From the NCBI GenBank assembly GCA_012511185.1, contig JAAZGN010000043.1, positions 1 through 28,409 of the forward strand: a stretch of 28,409 nt of DNA, given 5' to 3'. Position numbers and translations under genes: made by a program. The stretch comes from Clostridiaceae bacterium. GTDB lineage: Bacteria; Bacillota; Clostridia; Saccharofermentanales; DTU023. Shown in pieces: positions 1 to 9,725 of this stretch. Below the pieces are notes generated by a model. That model did not search any database. It was not told the DNA's origin and saw only the letters and a program-made list of their open reading frames with translations. The first letter of the stretch is position 1. The number at the start of each line of letters is the position of its first letter.

Positions 1-1026
1 CCCAACAGCGAACTGTCACTGGACCAGGCCCATGCCCTGTCCGGGGATCTGGAACTGGGCGACCAGCTGGTCCGCGAAGTCGACCCCTCCCACTTCGGGC
101 GGCTGGCGGCGCAGACGGCCAAGAGCGTCATCAACCAGAAACTGGCACAGGCCGAAAAGATCCGCATCCACGATGAATTCTCAGGCCGGGTCGGGGGCCT
201 GGCCAGTGGCATCGTCCAGCGCCGGGACCGCAATGAAGTCCTGGTCGACATCGGGCGGGCCCAGGCTGTCCTGCCTTATAACCAGCAGTCAAGGCTTGAC
301 AACTATACCTTCAAAAAGCATATGCGCTTTTTCATCATGAAGGTGGATCAGCGCGACCACCGGCCCATCATCATGGTGTCGCGCAGTCATCCGGGTTTGG
401 TGCGCCGCCTCTTTGAACAGGAAGTGCCCGAGATCGGGGCGGGGATTGTTGAGATCGTCAACATTGCCCGGGAGGCCGGGTCACGGACCAAGATGGCTGT
501 CACCAGTCACGATACCAACATCGATCCGGTGGGAGCCTGTGTCGGTCAGCGGGGAACCCGGGTCCAGTCGGTTATTACGGAGCTCAACGGCGAGAAGATC
601 GACATCATTGAGTGGGACCCGGATATCACGGAGTTCATTTCCAGTGCCCTGTCACCCGCGCGCGTCATCCGGGTGGTCCTGGATGAGGAGGAGCAAAGCG
701 CCCGGGTGATTGTGGCCGATCACCAGCTGTCGCTGGCCATCGGCAAGGAAGGGCAAAATGCAAGATTGGCTGCCAAATTGACCGAGTGGCGTATTGATAT
801 CAAGAGTGAGACACAGTACCGGGAGATGCTGGAATCTGCCTGGATGCCCGACTTTGAAGAAGCCGTGGCAGCCGATGAGGCCGGACGCGGCGATCAGCCG
901 GAAGAAAACGTCAGCCCGGTGGAAGCTGAGGCGGACGAGGTCCTTGTCACGGACGAAAAGTCGGCGGTCAGCTACCTGGATATGCTGGAGAGCACCCTTG
1001 ATTCGCTGGAGGAACCGGAAGCTTGA
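1..1026 (+). CDS. nusA: Transcription termination/antitermination factor NusA (5' end outside window)
   Basis: Frame 1 is open from base 1 (PNSELSL...FGRLAAQTAKSVINQK...) and continues into the listed ORF at 322. Contains SRSHPGLVRRLFEQEVPEI, REAGSRTK, DPVGACVGQRGTRV and AIGKEGQNARLAAKLT. Acidic C-terminal tail; TGA at 1024-1026. Confidence 0.97.
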   Translation, partial: PNSELSLDQAHALSGDLELGDQLVREVDPSHFGRLAAQTAKSVINQKLAQAEKIRIHDEFSGRVGGLASGIVQRRDRNEVLVDIGRAQAVLPYNQQSRLDNYTFKKHMRFFIMKVDQRDHRPIIMVSRSHPGLVRRLFEQEVPEIGAGIVEIVNIAREAGSRTKMAVTSHDTNIDPVGACVGQRGTRVQSVITELNGEKIDIIEWDPDITEFISSALSPARVIRVVLDEEEQSARVIVADHQLSLAIGKEGQNARLAAKLTEWRIDIKSETQYREMLESAWMPDFEEAVAADEAGRGDQPEENVSPVEAEADEVLVTDEKSAVSYLDMLESTLDSLEEPEA

Positions 1027-1292
1027 AAAAAGAGCCCTTGAGAATGTGCGTCGGATGCCGGGAATCATTTTTGCAAACGGATCTTTGGCGCCTTGTGGCG
1101 TGGAAGGATGGCGTTTGGATCGATGCCCTGGAAAAACTGCCGGGCAGGGGTACCTATTTATGTTTGCGGACGGCCTGTGTGGAACGGGCAAAAAAAAGAC
1201 AATCACTGCAACGGGCGTTAAGATGCCCGGTGCCGGATCAGATATGGATCGGGATCGATCAGGCGGTTGCTGCCGCAAGAGTGGAGGAATGA
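1023..1292 (+). CDS. ylxR: YlxR/DUF448 family RNA-binding protein
   Basis: PLRMCVGCR and PGRGTYLC motifs, 89 aa. The TTG start overlaps the nusA stop, and the position between nusA and infB is canonical. Confidence 0.9.
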   Translation: MKKEPLRMCVGCRESFLQTDLWRLVAWKDGVWIDALEKLPGRGTYLCLRTACVERAKKRQSLQRALRCPVPDQIWIGIDQAVAAARVEE

Positions 1293-1299
1293 GCTGAGG

Positions 1300-4068
1300 A
1301 TGGCAAAAAGAGAAGAAGCAAATTCAGGGCTCATGTCGGGATTTATAACGGAAGAAGAACTGCCGCGCCGGCAAAAGGAACTCGGGACCCCCGATTTGGT
1401 TTCGGAGCCGGAAGAGGCAGCCGTTCCGCTTGCCCCTGCGGAAGAGCCGGAGCCGGACATTCCGTCACCCGGCCAGGATCTGAAAGACCTGCCGGTGCCA
1501 TCCACGATTGATATGCAAGGTATCTCGGGCAAGGTCATCCCGGGGGTCATCAAGATCGTCAAAAAGCCGAGACCCGCGCCGGTACCTGAACCAGAGCCTG
1601 AGCCTGAGCCTGAAGTGGCAGAGCCTGTCGTCGAGGAAGTTGCTGAACTTGTCCAAACTCGGGAAACCGAAGCGGAAGCTGAACCTGAAGCCAGGGAAGA
1701 AACGGTGCCGGAGCCTGTGAAGACCAAACCATCTGTAAAAAAGGAAGCTGAAAAACCGGTACAGATCAAGCCGGCAGCCGCTGTTGAAAAGTTTGAAAAA
1801 CCAAAGCCGGTCAAAAAAGAGCCTGTCAGGCGCAAGCCCTTGAGTGTGGCCGAGCGGTCCCTGCCCATCACGGAACGGGTGACCGAGCCTGTCCCCGTGG
1901 CACCGGTGGCGCCGGTGGCCTCGCGGCCGCGGCCCCTGATCACGGAAGACGGCAAACCCTTGCGTGCCCAGCGCGGCAGTTATGTCGGAGCCGACCGGGA
2001 TACACCGGCGGTTGAGCGCCAGCCCAAGCGGCCCGCCAGGGAGGACCGGCGGCCGCCGCGTCCTGCAACGGCGCCGCCCCGGGTGCGGCCACAGGCAGTT
2101 GCGCCGCTTGCAGTTGAGCCGGTCGTGGAGGCCGAAGCCCAAAAGCCGGGTGCCGCGACCCGCCGAAGCCAGAAAGGCCGGGACCGGCGGGCGGAGGACT
2201 TCCGGGACCGCAGCCGCCGTGAGCAACAGGATGCGGCAGGCCGCGGGAGCAGGCGGCGCCGTCCGCGTACAGCTGAACCTGTGGCGGAGCAACCCAAACG
2301 TCCCGTCGCGCAGCTGACCAAAGTGACTTTGCCCTCTACCCTGACAGTCAAGGAACTGGCTGAAGCCATCAAGAAGACCACGGCCGATGTCATCATGAAG
2401 CTGATGGCTCTGGGTATGATGGCCACCATCAACCAGGAAATCGATTTTGAAACAGCAGAGATCATTGCATCCGAGTTCGGGATTACCAGTGAGCGGCTGG
2501 TGGAGATCACTGAAGAAGACATCCTCTTTGACGATACGGCCGACTTGGAGGAAGATTTGGTTTCGCGGCCGCCGGTTGTCGTGGTCATGGGCCACGTCGA
2601 CCACGGCAAGACCTCCATCCTGGACTACATCCGTAAATCCTCGGTCACCGAGGGCGAGGCGGGCGGCATCACCCAGCACATCGGGGCCTACTCGGTCAAG
2701 GTGGACGGCCGGACCATCACATTTTTGGATACCCCCGGCCATGAGGCCTTCACCACCCTGCGCGCCCGGGGCGCCCAGGTCACCGACATCGCCATCCTGG
2801 TGGTGGCGGCCGACGACGGTGTCATGCCGCAAACAGTCGAGGCCATCAACCACGCCCGGGCAGCCAACACGGAAATCATTGTCGCCATCAACAAGATCGA
2901 CAAGCCGCAAGGAGACATCGACCGGGTCAAACGGGAACTCTCCCAATACGGCCTCATGGATTCCGACTGGGGCGGCCAGACCACCATCGTGCCGGTCTCG
3001 GCCAAGATGGGCCAGAACATGGACGAGCTATTGGAGATGATTCTTCTCACCGCCGATGTACTGGACTTGCGCGCCAACCCCTCACGCCAGGCCAAGGGCA
3101 CAGTGATCGAGGCCAAGCTGGATCCGACGCGCGGCCCCCTGGCCACGATTTTGATCCAGCGCGGCACCCTGCACCAGGGCGACGCGGTGGTCGTGGGCAG
3201 CACGGTCGGCCGCATCCGGGTTCTGTACAACGACCGCGGCCAGCAGATTGATTCCGCCGGCCCCTCGACCCCGGTCGAGATCGTCGGTTTGGGAGCTGTT
3301 CCCGAGGGGGGGGACATCCTTTACCAGGTCGAAAACGAACGCGTGGCGCGCGATCTGGTCGACCGCCGCCGGGAAGAGGATCGGGAGACGGCGCTGCGCC
3401 AAAGCTCGCGGATGTCGCTTGATACCCTCTTCGACCGCATGGGCGACGCGGAGCTGAGCGACCTCAATATCATTGTCAAGGCCGATACACAAGGGTCGGT
3501 CGAGGCCTTGACCTCCTCCATGGAGAATCTGTCCACCGATAAGATCCGGGTCAAGGTCATCCACGGGGCAGTCGGCGCCATCACCGAAACGGATATCCGC
3601 CTGGCTGAAGTCGCGGATGCCATCATCCTGGGCTTCAATGTGCGGCCGGCCGCCACAGCGGCGCAGATCGCTTCGGCCTCCAATGTGGACATCCGCACCT
3701 ACCGGGTCATCTACGAGGCCATCGAGGAAGTCCAAAACGCCATGCGGGGGCTTGTGGGTCCCGTCTTGCGCGAAGTGGTGGCGGGCCACCTGGAGGTGCG
3801 CGTTGTCTTTCACGCCTCCAGTGTCGGAACCATCGCGGGCTGTTATGTCACCGACGGCCGGGTCAACCGCAACGACAGCGCCAGGCTGCTGCGCGACGGC
3901 GTGGTCATCTATGAGACCAAACTCGCCTCGCTGCGCCGCTTCAAGGACGACGTGCGGGAAGTAGCCGCCGGTTACGAATGCGGGCTCAGCCTGGAGAAGT
4001 TCAACGACATCAAGGTGGGGGATACCATCGAGCTCTACACCATGAAGGAGGAAGAGGCGGATGTTTAA
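1300..4068 (+). CDS. infB: Translation initiation factor IF-2 with long Pro/Glu/Arg-rich N-terminal region
   Basis: G-domain motifs [16 protein letters not shown] and NKID; IF2_N-like segment [10 protein letters not shown]...INQEID; C-terminal [15 protein letters not shown] at 1300 chosen over the ORF-track start at 1267 (GGAGG at 1283-1287). Confidence 0.98.
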   Translation: MAKREEANSGLMSGFITEEELPRRQKELGTPDLVSEPEEAAVPLAPAEEPEPDIPSPGQDLKDLPVPSTIDMQGISGKVIPGVIKIVKKPRPAPVPEPEPEPEPEVAEPVVEEVAELVQTRETEAEAEPEAREETVPEPVKTKPSVKKEAEKPVQIKPAAAVEKFEKPKPVKKEPVRRKPLSVAERSLPITERVTEPVPVAPVAPVASRPRPLITEDGKPLRAQRGSYVGADRDTPAVERQPKRPAREDRRPPRPATAPPRVRPQAVAPLAVEPVVEAEAQKPGAATRRSQKGRDRRAEDFRDRSRREQQDAAGRGSRRRRPRTAEPVAEQPKRPVAQLTKVTLPSTLTVKELAEAIKKTTADVIMKLMALGMMATINQEIDFETAEIIASEFGITSERLVEITEEDILFDDTADLEEDLVSRPPVVVVMGHVDHGKTSILDYIRKSSVTEGEAGGITQHIGAYSVKVDGRTITFLDTPGHEAFTTLRARGAQVTDIAILVVAADDGVMPQTVEAINHARAANTEIIVAINKIDKPQGDIDRVKRELSQYGLMDSDWGGQTTIVPVSAKMGQNMDELLEMILLTADVLDLRANPSRQAKGTVIEAKLDPTRGPLATILIQRGTLHQGDAVVVGSTVGRIRVLYNDRGQQIDSAGPSTPVEIVGLGAVPEGGDILYQVENERVARDLVDRRREEDRETALRQSSRMSLDTLFDRMGDAELSDLNIIVKADTQGSVEALTSSMENLSTDKIRVKVIHGAVGAITETDIRLAEVADAIILGFNVRPAATAAQIASASNVDIRTYRVIYEAIEEVQNAMRGLVGPVLREVVAGHLEVRVVFHASSVGTIAGCYVTDGRVNRNDSARLLRDGVVIYETKLASLRRFKDDVREVAAGYECGLSLEKFNDIKVGDTIELYTMKEEEADV
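1585..1614 (+). repeat. Five tandem 6-bp units (CC[T/A]GA[A/G]) encoding [10 protein letters not shown] in the IF-2 N-terminus
   Basis: cctgaa ccagag cctgag cctgag cctgaa read directly from the sequence. Confidence 0.85.
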
Positions 4069-4477
4069 CCGATCGGAACGGATGGGCGATGAGATCCGCC
4101 GCATCCTGGCCGGACTTGTCCAGCGCAGGCTGCGTGACCCGCGCATCAATGAAAGCGTGTCGATCACGAGCGTCAAGCTTTCCCGGGACCTGTCGGTTGC
4201 CCGGGTCTACTACAGTGTCTACGGCGATGACCAGGCCCGCAAGGGCGCGGCCGATGCCTTTGAAAAAGCAGGCGGCTTTTTGCGGCGCGAACTGGCCTCC
4301 CAGCTCCGGTCCCGCAAAGTGCCGCGCTTGTTGTTTATTGAGGACAGCAGCATCCGCGACGGGGAAGCCATCGATGAGCTGATCCGTCGGGTGCGCCAGC
4401 AGGATGAGGCAGCCGTCTCAGGGCGAACGGAGGGAAAGGATGAAACAATCCAGGGAGGCGGGGAACCGACTGCTTGA
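4061..4477 (+). CDS. rbfA: 30S ribosome-binding factor A
   Basis: [32 protein letters not shown] and [11 protein letters not shown] motifs; 8-nt overlap with the end of infB. Confidence 0.96.
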   Translation: MFNRSERMGDEIRRILAGLVQRRLRDPRINESVSITSVKLSRDLSVARVYYSVYGDDQARKGAADAFEKAGGFLRRELASQLRSRKVPRLLFIEDSSIRDGEAIDELIRRVRQQDEAAVSGRTEGKDETIQGGGEPTA

Positions 4478-5477
4478 GGTCGCGCTGGACCTGGCCGCCG
4501 ATGGCGGCCATATCGGCCTCTTCCCCCACGAGCGCCTGGACGCCGACGCGGTTGGGGCTGCTGTTTCGCTTGCAAGGGCCCTTCGCTTCCAGGGCTGCGC
4601 GTCCACCGTCGTGGTCGGCGAGCCGGTACCCGAATCCCTCCAGCACCTGCCGGGGCTGGAGGAACTACTTTTTTACGATTCTGCCAGCTGTCCCGTCTTT
4701 GATCTTGCCCTGGCCATCGACTGCCACGGGGCAGACCGCCTGGGCGCGCGGGCAGCTTGCTTTTTGAAGACACCGCTTCGCGGCGCCATCGACCACCACG
4801 TCCATGAAGGGGAGGCCGGTGACCTGGAGCTGATTGACGCCGGTGCCTCTTCGACCAGCGAACTTGTCTTCGGGATGATCTGGGATCTGGAGCTGTACCT
4901 GGGCCGGCCCGTCTTCGACTCAACCATGGCGGTCCTGCTCCTGGCGGGCGCCATCACCGACACCGGCCGCTACTCCTACAGCAACACAACCCCCCTGGCC
5001 CTGAGGCAGGCCGCCGCCCTGCTGGAACGCTTCGACATCGATGTGAGTCAACTCAACTACGATCTTTATGAGCGCACCACCGTGGAGCGCCTGCAAATCA
5101 AGGGAGATATCCTGTCGACCATCCGGCTGGCGGGAAGGGGCAGGATCCTCCTGGCCCACGCCACCCGGGCCATGCTGGACCGGCGGGGCGCCCCCGATGA
5201 CGAGCTGTCCAACCTGGCCTCGGAGATCCGGGCAGCCGAAGGTGCTGCAGCCGCATTCCTGCTGGTTGAAGGGGAGGACGGATCCATACGGGTCAGCATC
5301 CGTTCCAACAGCTGCTTCGACGCGGCCGCCTTTGCCGGCCGCGTTGGCGGTGGAGGCCATGTCAGGGCAGCCGGCATGACCCTGGGGGATCTGACCATGG
5401 AAGAGGCGGAAACACTCCTGGCCCGGGAAGCGGAAGCACAGCTCGAAGACTGTCTGAATGAAGGCGCCCGGGAATGA
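4440..5477 (+). CDS. nrnA: DHH/DHHA1 phosphoesterase (NrnA-like oligoribonuclease/pAp phosphatase)
   Basis: HERLDADAVG, IDHH, ITDTGRY and GGGGHVRAAG motifs. The rbfA-nrnA-truB order is typical. ATG at 4440 follows GGAAAGG. Confidence 0.88.
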   Translation: MKQSREAGNRLLEVALDLAADGGHIGLFPHERLDADAVGAAVSLARALRFQGCASTVVVGEPVPESLQHLPGLEELLFYDSASCPVFDLALAIDCHGADRLGARAACFLKTPLRGAIDHHVHEGEAGDLELIDAGASSTSELVFGMIWDLELYLGRPVFDSTMAVLLLAGAITDTGRYSYSNTTPLALRQAAALLERFDIDVSQLNYDLYERTTVERLQIKGDILSTIRLAGRGRILLAHATRAMLDRRGAPDDELSNLASEIRAAEGAAAAFLLVEGEDGSIRVSIRSNSCFDAAAFAGRVGGGGHVRAAGMTLGDLTMEEAETLLAREAEAQLEDCLNEGARE

Positions 5478-6448
5478 CCGGACCGGCCGAGGGAATCCTC
5501 ATTGTCAACAAAGAGGCGGGCATGACCTCGGCCGATGTGGTGTCGCGTGTCCGCCGCCTTTACGGCATCCGGCGCGTTGGCCATACGGGGACCCTGGATC
5601 CTTTCGCGACGGGGGTTCTGCCTGTCTGTATCGGCCGGGCGACGGCGGCGGCCACCTTCATGCTCAACTGGATCAAGCGCTACCGCTGTGAGATCAGGCT
5701 GGGCTACGCCACCTCGACCATGGATCCCGAAGGTCAGGCGACGAAAAAGGCAAGCCGCCCCTCCCTGTGGCGCCGTTTTCTGGATCAATCGGATATGGGC
5801 GCCTCGCAGGACCTGGAAAAAGCCGTGGCCTCCCTGACCGCCACTACCTTCCAGCAGGCCCCCCGCTATTCAGCCGTCAAAGTCAATGGAAAACCCCTTT
5901 ACCACTACGCCCGTCAGGGACAGGAGGTTGAGCGGCCTGTGCGGCCGGTCACCGTTTATGAGGCCGGGTTATTGGGCGTCCGGGCCGATGAATCCGGCTA
6001 CCCCCTGGTAGCGGTGGAATTTCTCGTCAGCTCCGGTACCTATATCCGCTCACTGGCTGACAAGCTGGGGGAGGAGCTGGGCTGTCCGGGCCACGCGGCC
6101 TCACTGGTACGCCTGGCCACAGGTCATTTTGATCTATCTTCCGCCTGCCGGCTCGATCAGTTGACGGATGACTTGACGGACTTGTTGCACCCGGTCGGTG
6201 ACGCTTTCTGCGGCTGGCCCAGGCTGCGGTTGAGCAGAGCGCAGGCATTGGATCTGGCCTATGGGCGGGCGATTATCATTGCGGAACAAGGGCTTGAAGC
6301 GGCGGAAGCAGTTCCCGGCCGGCTGTCACCGCCGCCTGATGACAGCTGGCTTGCCTGCCTGTTGGAGGACCACCTGGTCGCCGTTGGCAGGCGGGGAGAG
6401 GACGGGTTTCGTGCCCGCCGCGTCTTTGTGCAGCCGGAGGAATTATAA
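5474..6448 (+). CDS. truB: tRNA pseudouridine(55) synthase
   Basis: VNKEAGMTS, GHTGTLDPFATGVL, PRYSAVKVNGKPLY and SSGTYIRSLA motifs; ATGA overlap with nrnA. Confidence 0.96.
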   Translation: MTGPAEGILIVNKEAGMTSADVVSRVRRLYGIRRVGHTGTLDPFATGVLPVCIGRATAAATFMLNWIKRYRCEIRLGYATSTMDPEGQATKKASRPSLWRRFLDQSDMGASQDLEKAVASLTATTFQQAPRYSAVKVNGKPLYHYARQGQEVERPVRPVTVYEAGLLGVRADESGYPLVAVEFLVSSGTYIRSLADKLGEELGCPGHAASLVRLATGHFDLSSACRLDQLTDDLTDLLHPVGDAFCGWPRLRLSRAQALDLAYGRAIIIAEQGLEAAEAVPGRLSPPPDDSWLACLLEDHLVAVGRRGEDGFRARRVFVQPEEL

Positions 6449-6461
6449 AGGTGGAATCGTT

Positions 6462-7394
6462 ATGATAAGAATTTTTCGAGGCTTGGAGGGCATAAAAAAA
6501 GAGCGGCGGGGGATCGCCCTGGGTGTCTTTGACGGTGTCCACCGGGGACATCAGGCCCTGATCCATGCCCTGATTGAAGCCTGCGAAAAAGACGGACTGA
6601 TTCCCGCCGCCCTGACCTTTTCCTATGAGACCGGTTTCGGCTTTGACCGCAAGCCGGTCGGCCATACCTTGATCATGTCGGAGGAAGACAGACTCAAGGC
6701 CTTGGGGGAAGCGGGCGTCCGGGAGATCTTTTTGGTTCCGCTGACAGATGACTTCCTCCACCTGTCTCCGTCCGGCTTCCTGCGCCTGATTGTGGAGAAC
6801 CGGCTGGGCGGACAGCTCCTCGCCATCGGGCAGGACGGTCATTTCGGCTGGCATGGCAAGGGCGATGCACGCTTCCTCAAGACCTACAGCTCGACCCACC
6901 CGCTCCGGTCCCTGGTCGTGGGGGACGTCATGTGGGAGGGTGACAAGGTCTCCAGTACCAGGATCCGCGGCCTTCTGGCCAAGGGGGAGATGGAGCAGGT
7001 CTCTGCCTTGATGACGCGGCCTTTCCGCCTGTCAGGCACGGTGATCAGTGGCAGGCGGATCGGCTCCTCAATCGGTTTCCCCACGGCCAATATCCGGTAT
7101 CCGGCCACAGCGGCCCTGATCCGGCGCGGTGTCTATGTGACGCGGGTGCGGTATGGCGGGGCGGACTTTCCTGCCGTTACAAGCGTGGGAGTCGCGCCTT
7201 CCGTCCATGGCGGCCAAAGGGAGCTGCTGATTGAGTCCTACCTTTATGACTTTGACCAGGATCTTTACGGCCGGGAGGTGGAGGTGACCTTTTTGTCCTT
7301 TGTCCGGGACGAGCGTCGCTTTGATTCGCTGGAGGAACTGAAGGCCCAGATGACCCGCGACATCGAGGGCGTCCGCGCCCGGCACGCAGTATGA
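6462..7394 (+). CDS. ribF: Bifunctional riboflavin kinase/FAD synthetase
   Basis: GVFDGVHRGHQ, KVSSTRIR, GFPTAN and DLYGREV motifs. ATG at 6462 follows AAAGGTGG; the ORF-track start at 6261 lies inside truB. Confidence 0.95.
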   Translation: MIRIFRGLEGIKKERRGIALGVFDGVHRGHQALIHALIEACEKDGLIPAALTFSYETGFGFDRKPVGHTLIMSEEDRLKALGEAGVREIFLVPLTDDFLHLSPSGFLRLIVENRLGGQLLAIGQDGHFGWHGKGDARFLKTYSSTHPLRSLVVGDVMWEGDKVSSTRIRGLLAKGEMEQVSALMTRPFRLSGTVISGRRIGSSIGFPTANIRYPATAALIRRGVYVTRVRYGGADFPAVTSVGVAPSVHGGQRELLIESYLYDFDQDLYGREVEVTFLSFVRDERRFDSLEELKAQMTRDIEGVRARHAV

Positions 7395-7422
7395 TAAAAT
7401 GAGCCTACTGCGGAGGTAGATC

Positions 7423-8391
7423 ATGCTGTACGTTTTGAATTACCACGTTTCCTTTCCCGGCCTGGGTATCGAGAATCTGGTCATCAATCGCGAAGCCTTT
7501 TCATTCAACTTGTTCGGGCGCCAATTGACCGTCTTCTGGTACGGCTTGATTTTTACCCTGGCCATGGTGCTGTGTATTGTGATCGCCATGATCCGGGCCA
7601 AAAGGTACGATTTTTCCCAGGACGATATCCTGGACTACTTCCTGTGGATGATCCCCCTGATCCTGATCGGGTCGAGAATCTATTATGTGGCCTTTGAGTG
7701 GGATCAGTTCAAAGGGTCACTTTCTGCCATTCTCGATTTGCGCCAGGGAGGTCTGGCCTTTTACGGGGGTGTGCTCGGAGGTATGCTGGCGGTGGCCATC
7801 GCCGCGCGAATCAAGCGGGTCAAGCTACACCGCATCTTCGATTATCTGGCTGTCCTGATCCCGCTGGGCCAGGGCATCGGGCGCTGGGGAAACTTCTTCA
7901 ACCAGGAGGCCTTCGGGACCAACACCTCACTTCCCTGGGGCATGATCAGCGAGGGGACGGCCCAGGGTCTGGCAGCCCTGAACCCCGACCCGGCCAATCC
8001 CTTGCCGGGTCTCAACCCCGGTCTGCCGGTCCACCCCACCTTCCTTTACGAATTTGTCGCCAATATGATCATTTTCGTTGTTCTGCTTGCGGTTCACAAA
8101 CGGCAAAAACGTCCCTGGACTACTGTCCTGACCTATTTCCTCCTTTACGGGATCGTGCGCTTCTTCGTGGAAGGCGTGCGCACCGATTCCCTGACCTTCG
8201 TGGCTTTCGGGCAGACCTTGCGGATCTCACAGCTGCTGTCCGCTGTCATGGTTGTCGGCTCGGCCATTCTCTTGGTTTTGGTGCGGGTCCATGCGGGAAA
8301 GCGCGCGCGGCTGATAGCGGAAATGAAAGCCAAGCCGGATCAGATACCTGAATTTGCGGCCACCGGTGATTCCGACACGGCTGAGGCCTGA
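7423..8391 (+). CDS. lgt: Prolipoprotein diacylglyceryl transferase
   Basis: FWYG, GSRIYYV, GGLAFYGG, GRWGNFFNQEAFG, HPTFLYE and RFFVEGVR motifs; several hydrophobic segments; GGAGGT ribosome site. Confidence 0.96.
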   Translation: MLYVLNYHVSFPGLGIENLVINREAFSFNLFGRQLTVFWYGLIFTLAMVLCIVIAMIRAKRYDFSQDDILDYFLWMIPLILIGSRIYYVAFEWDQFKGSLSAILDLRQGGLAFYGGVLGGMLAVAIAARIKRVKLHRIFDYLAVLIPLGQGIGRWGNFFNQEAFGTNTSLPWGMISEGTAQGLAALNPDPANPLPGLNPGLPVHPTFLYEFVANMIIFVVLLAVHKRQKRPWTTVLTYFLLYGIVRFFVEGVRTDSLTFVAFGQTLRISQLLSAVMVVGSAILLVLVRVHAGKRARLIAEMKAKPDQIPEFAATGDSDTAEA

Positions 8392-8402
8392 GCTCCAGTC
8401 CC

Positions 8403-9572
8403 ATGAAGTGGACCGATGAAGCCATCCAGCGGACCGGCAAGGATCTGAAGCAATCAAGAGCCGATATTTTCTTTCAAGTGTTGGACTACCGCATGCTGGT
8501 CCCTGTCCTGGCTCTGGTCATCATCGGCCTCGTTGTCCTCAATACAGTCCTTGCCAAAGGCTACGGGGCAGTCATCTTCGATTACCCCATGAACTTCTAC
8601 AAGCAGATTGCGGCAGTTCTTTTAGGCCTTGTAGCCGCCTTCACCCTCTGTCTCTTCGAGCCGCCTACCATGCGGCTGATCGGCGGGGCCGTCTACGTGA
8701 TCAGCCTGATCCTGCTATTGATTGTCAAAGTCGACGGCTACCGCCCCGTTGCCGGGGCTGACAGCTGGATCCGGATCCCGCTCTTTGGATCCTTCCAGCC
8801 CTCGGAGCTGTCCAAGATCGGTGTCGCCATGGTGGCCGGACCGGACTTTGCTGCCATGAAACGCGGCGAATTGTCGGCGGGTCAGGGGTTTTTGCGGATC
8901 GGCCTGCTCTACGGGCTTCCCTTTCTTTTCATCGTTACCGAGCCGGATCTGGGCACCAGCCTGGTTTTGATCTTCATGTTTCTTTGCACCACCTTTGTCT
9001 GGGGCGTGCGCTGGCGCACCATTATCCTGGCCGTGACCGGGACCGTTTTCGCCGTCCTGCCCGCCTCCTGGCAGTTTATTCTCAACGCCGCCCAAAAAGA
9101 GCGCATCATGACTTTCCTTTTTCGCGGCTATGATAAATCCGCATCCTACCACATCGAGCAGTCCCTGGCTGCTGTCACTTCGGGCGGGCTGGCGGGGAAC
9201 AGGACAGGGGTGTCCGTCAGCGTCCCCGTCAAGGAGTCGGACTTTATCTTTACGGCTATTTCGGAACAGCTGGGGCTGATCGGCACCAGCCTGGTTATCT
9301 TGCTGGCCATATACTTCATCTTTCATACCCTGCGCGTGGCGGGCAAGATATCCGACCGTTCACCGGATGAGTCCTACATCATGGTGGCCCTGATCGCAGG
9401 CGTCGCCTTCCACTTCATTGAGAACATCGGCATGACGGTGGGCCTGCTTCCCATCACAGGCATCCCCCTTCCCTTCATCAGTTACGGCGGCTCCGCCATG
9501 ATTTCCAACTTCCTCTTACTGGGCGTCCTGCTCAATTATTCCTTGAACCACAAAGCCAACCTTTCGCTTTAA
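8403..9572 (+). CDS. rodA: SEDS family peptidoglycan glycosyltransferase, RodA-like
   Basis: SWIRIP...SFQPSELSK, EPDLGT, ESDFIFTAISEQ and GIPLPFISYGGS motifs. Called rodA because a second SEDS gene occupies the ftsW position in the dcw cluster. Confidence 0.8.
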   Translation: MKWTDEAIQRTGKDLKQSRADIFFQVLDYRMLVPVLALVIIGLVVLNTVLAKGYGAVIFDYPMNFYKQIAAVLLGLVAAFTLCLFEPPTMRLIGGAVYVISLILLLIVKVDGYRPVAGADSWIRIPLFGSFQPSELSKIGVAMVAGPDFAAMKRGELSAGQGFLRIGLLYGLPFLFIVTEPDLGTSLVLIFMFLCTTFVWGVRWRTIILAVTGTVFAVLPASWQFILNAAQKERIMTFLFRGYDKSASYHIEQSLAAVTSGGLAGNRTGVSVSVPVKESDFIFTAISEQLGLIGTSLVILLAIYFIFHTLRVAGKISDRSPDESYIMVALIAGVAFHFIENIGMTVGLLPITGIPLPFISYGGSAMISNFLLLGVLLNYSLNHKANLSL

Positions 9573-9576
9573 TCCA

Positions 9577-9591
9577 CCGGCCTCCGGCCGG
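9577..9591. repeat. GC-rich inverted repeat CCGGCC-TCC-GGCCGG just after the rodA stop
   Basis: Perfect 6-bp stem with a 3-nt loop, upstream of the terminator. Confidence 0.6.
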
Positions 9592-9602
9592 AATTGATGC
9601 GG

Positions 9603-9627
9603 AAACCGGAGTCAATCCGGTTTTTTT
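9603..9627 (+). terminator. Intrinsic terminator after rodA
   Basis: AAACCGGA-gtcaa-TCCGGTTT stem-loop running into a T7 tract (9621-9627). Confidence 0.85.
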
Positions 9628-9647
9628 ATGTGACAAATGAAGGAATG

Positions 9648-9692
9648 GTGGGGAAAAGTGGTGTCTATTGACATAATAGTGGTGTTTTGTGG
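9648..9692 (+). promoter_or_regulatory. Probable MraZ autoregulatory operator: four GTGG direct repeats
   Basis: GTGG at 9648, 9658, 9679 and 9689, forming two pairs at exact 10-bp spacing. GTGG-type repeats at this spacing upstream of mraZ are known MraZ binding sites. Confidence 0.8.
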
Positions 9693-9698
9693 TAGAAT
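9668..9698 (+). promoter_or_regulatory. Sigma-A/70-type promoter of the dcw cluster
   Basis: TTGACA at 9668-9673 and extended -10 TGG-TAGAAT (hexamer 9693-9698), with a long 19-bp spacer. AGGAGG at 9711-9716 precedes mraZ. Confidence 0.75.
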
Positions 9699-9725
9699 AG
9701 CCAACAAAGCAGGAGGAGTCTTGTC

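Noticed and set aside
32-340. 102-aa ORF that could suggest a frameshifted nusA
   Set aside because: Frame 1 is open from base 1 and continuous with the ORF at 322, so nusA is simply cut by the window edge.
820-1026. Acidic C-terminal extension of NusA
   Set aside because: Variable acidic tails are common in NusA; nothing specific to support.
1218-4176. Long minus-strand ORFs over infB (1465-2946, 493 aa; 3082-4176, 364 aa; others)
   Set aside because: Antisense shadows of a GC-rich gene with biased codon usage; no recognisable motifs and complete overlap with a high-confidence gene.
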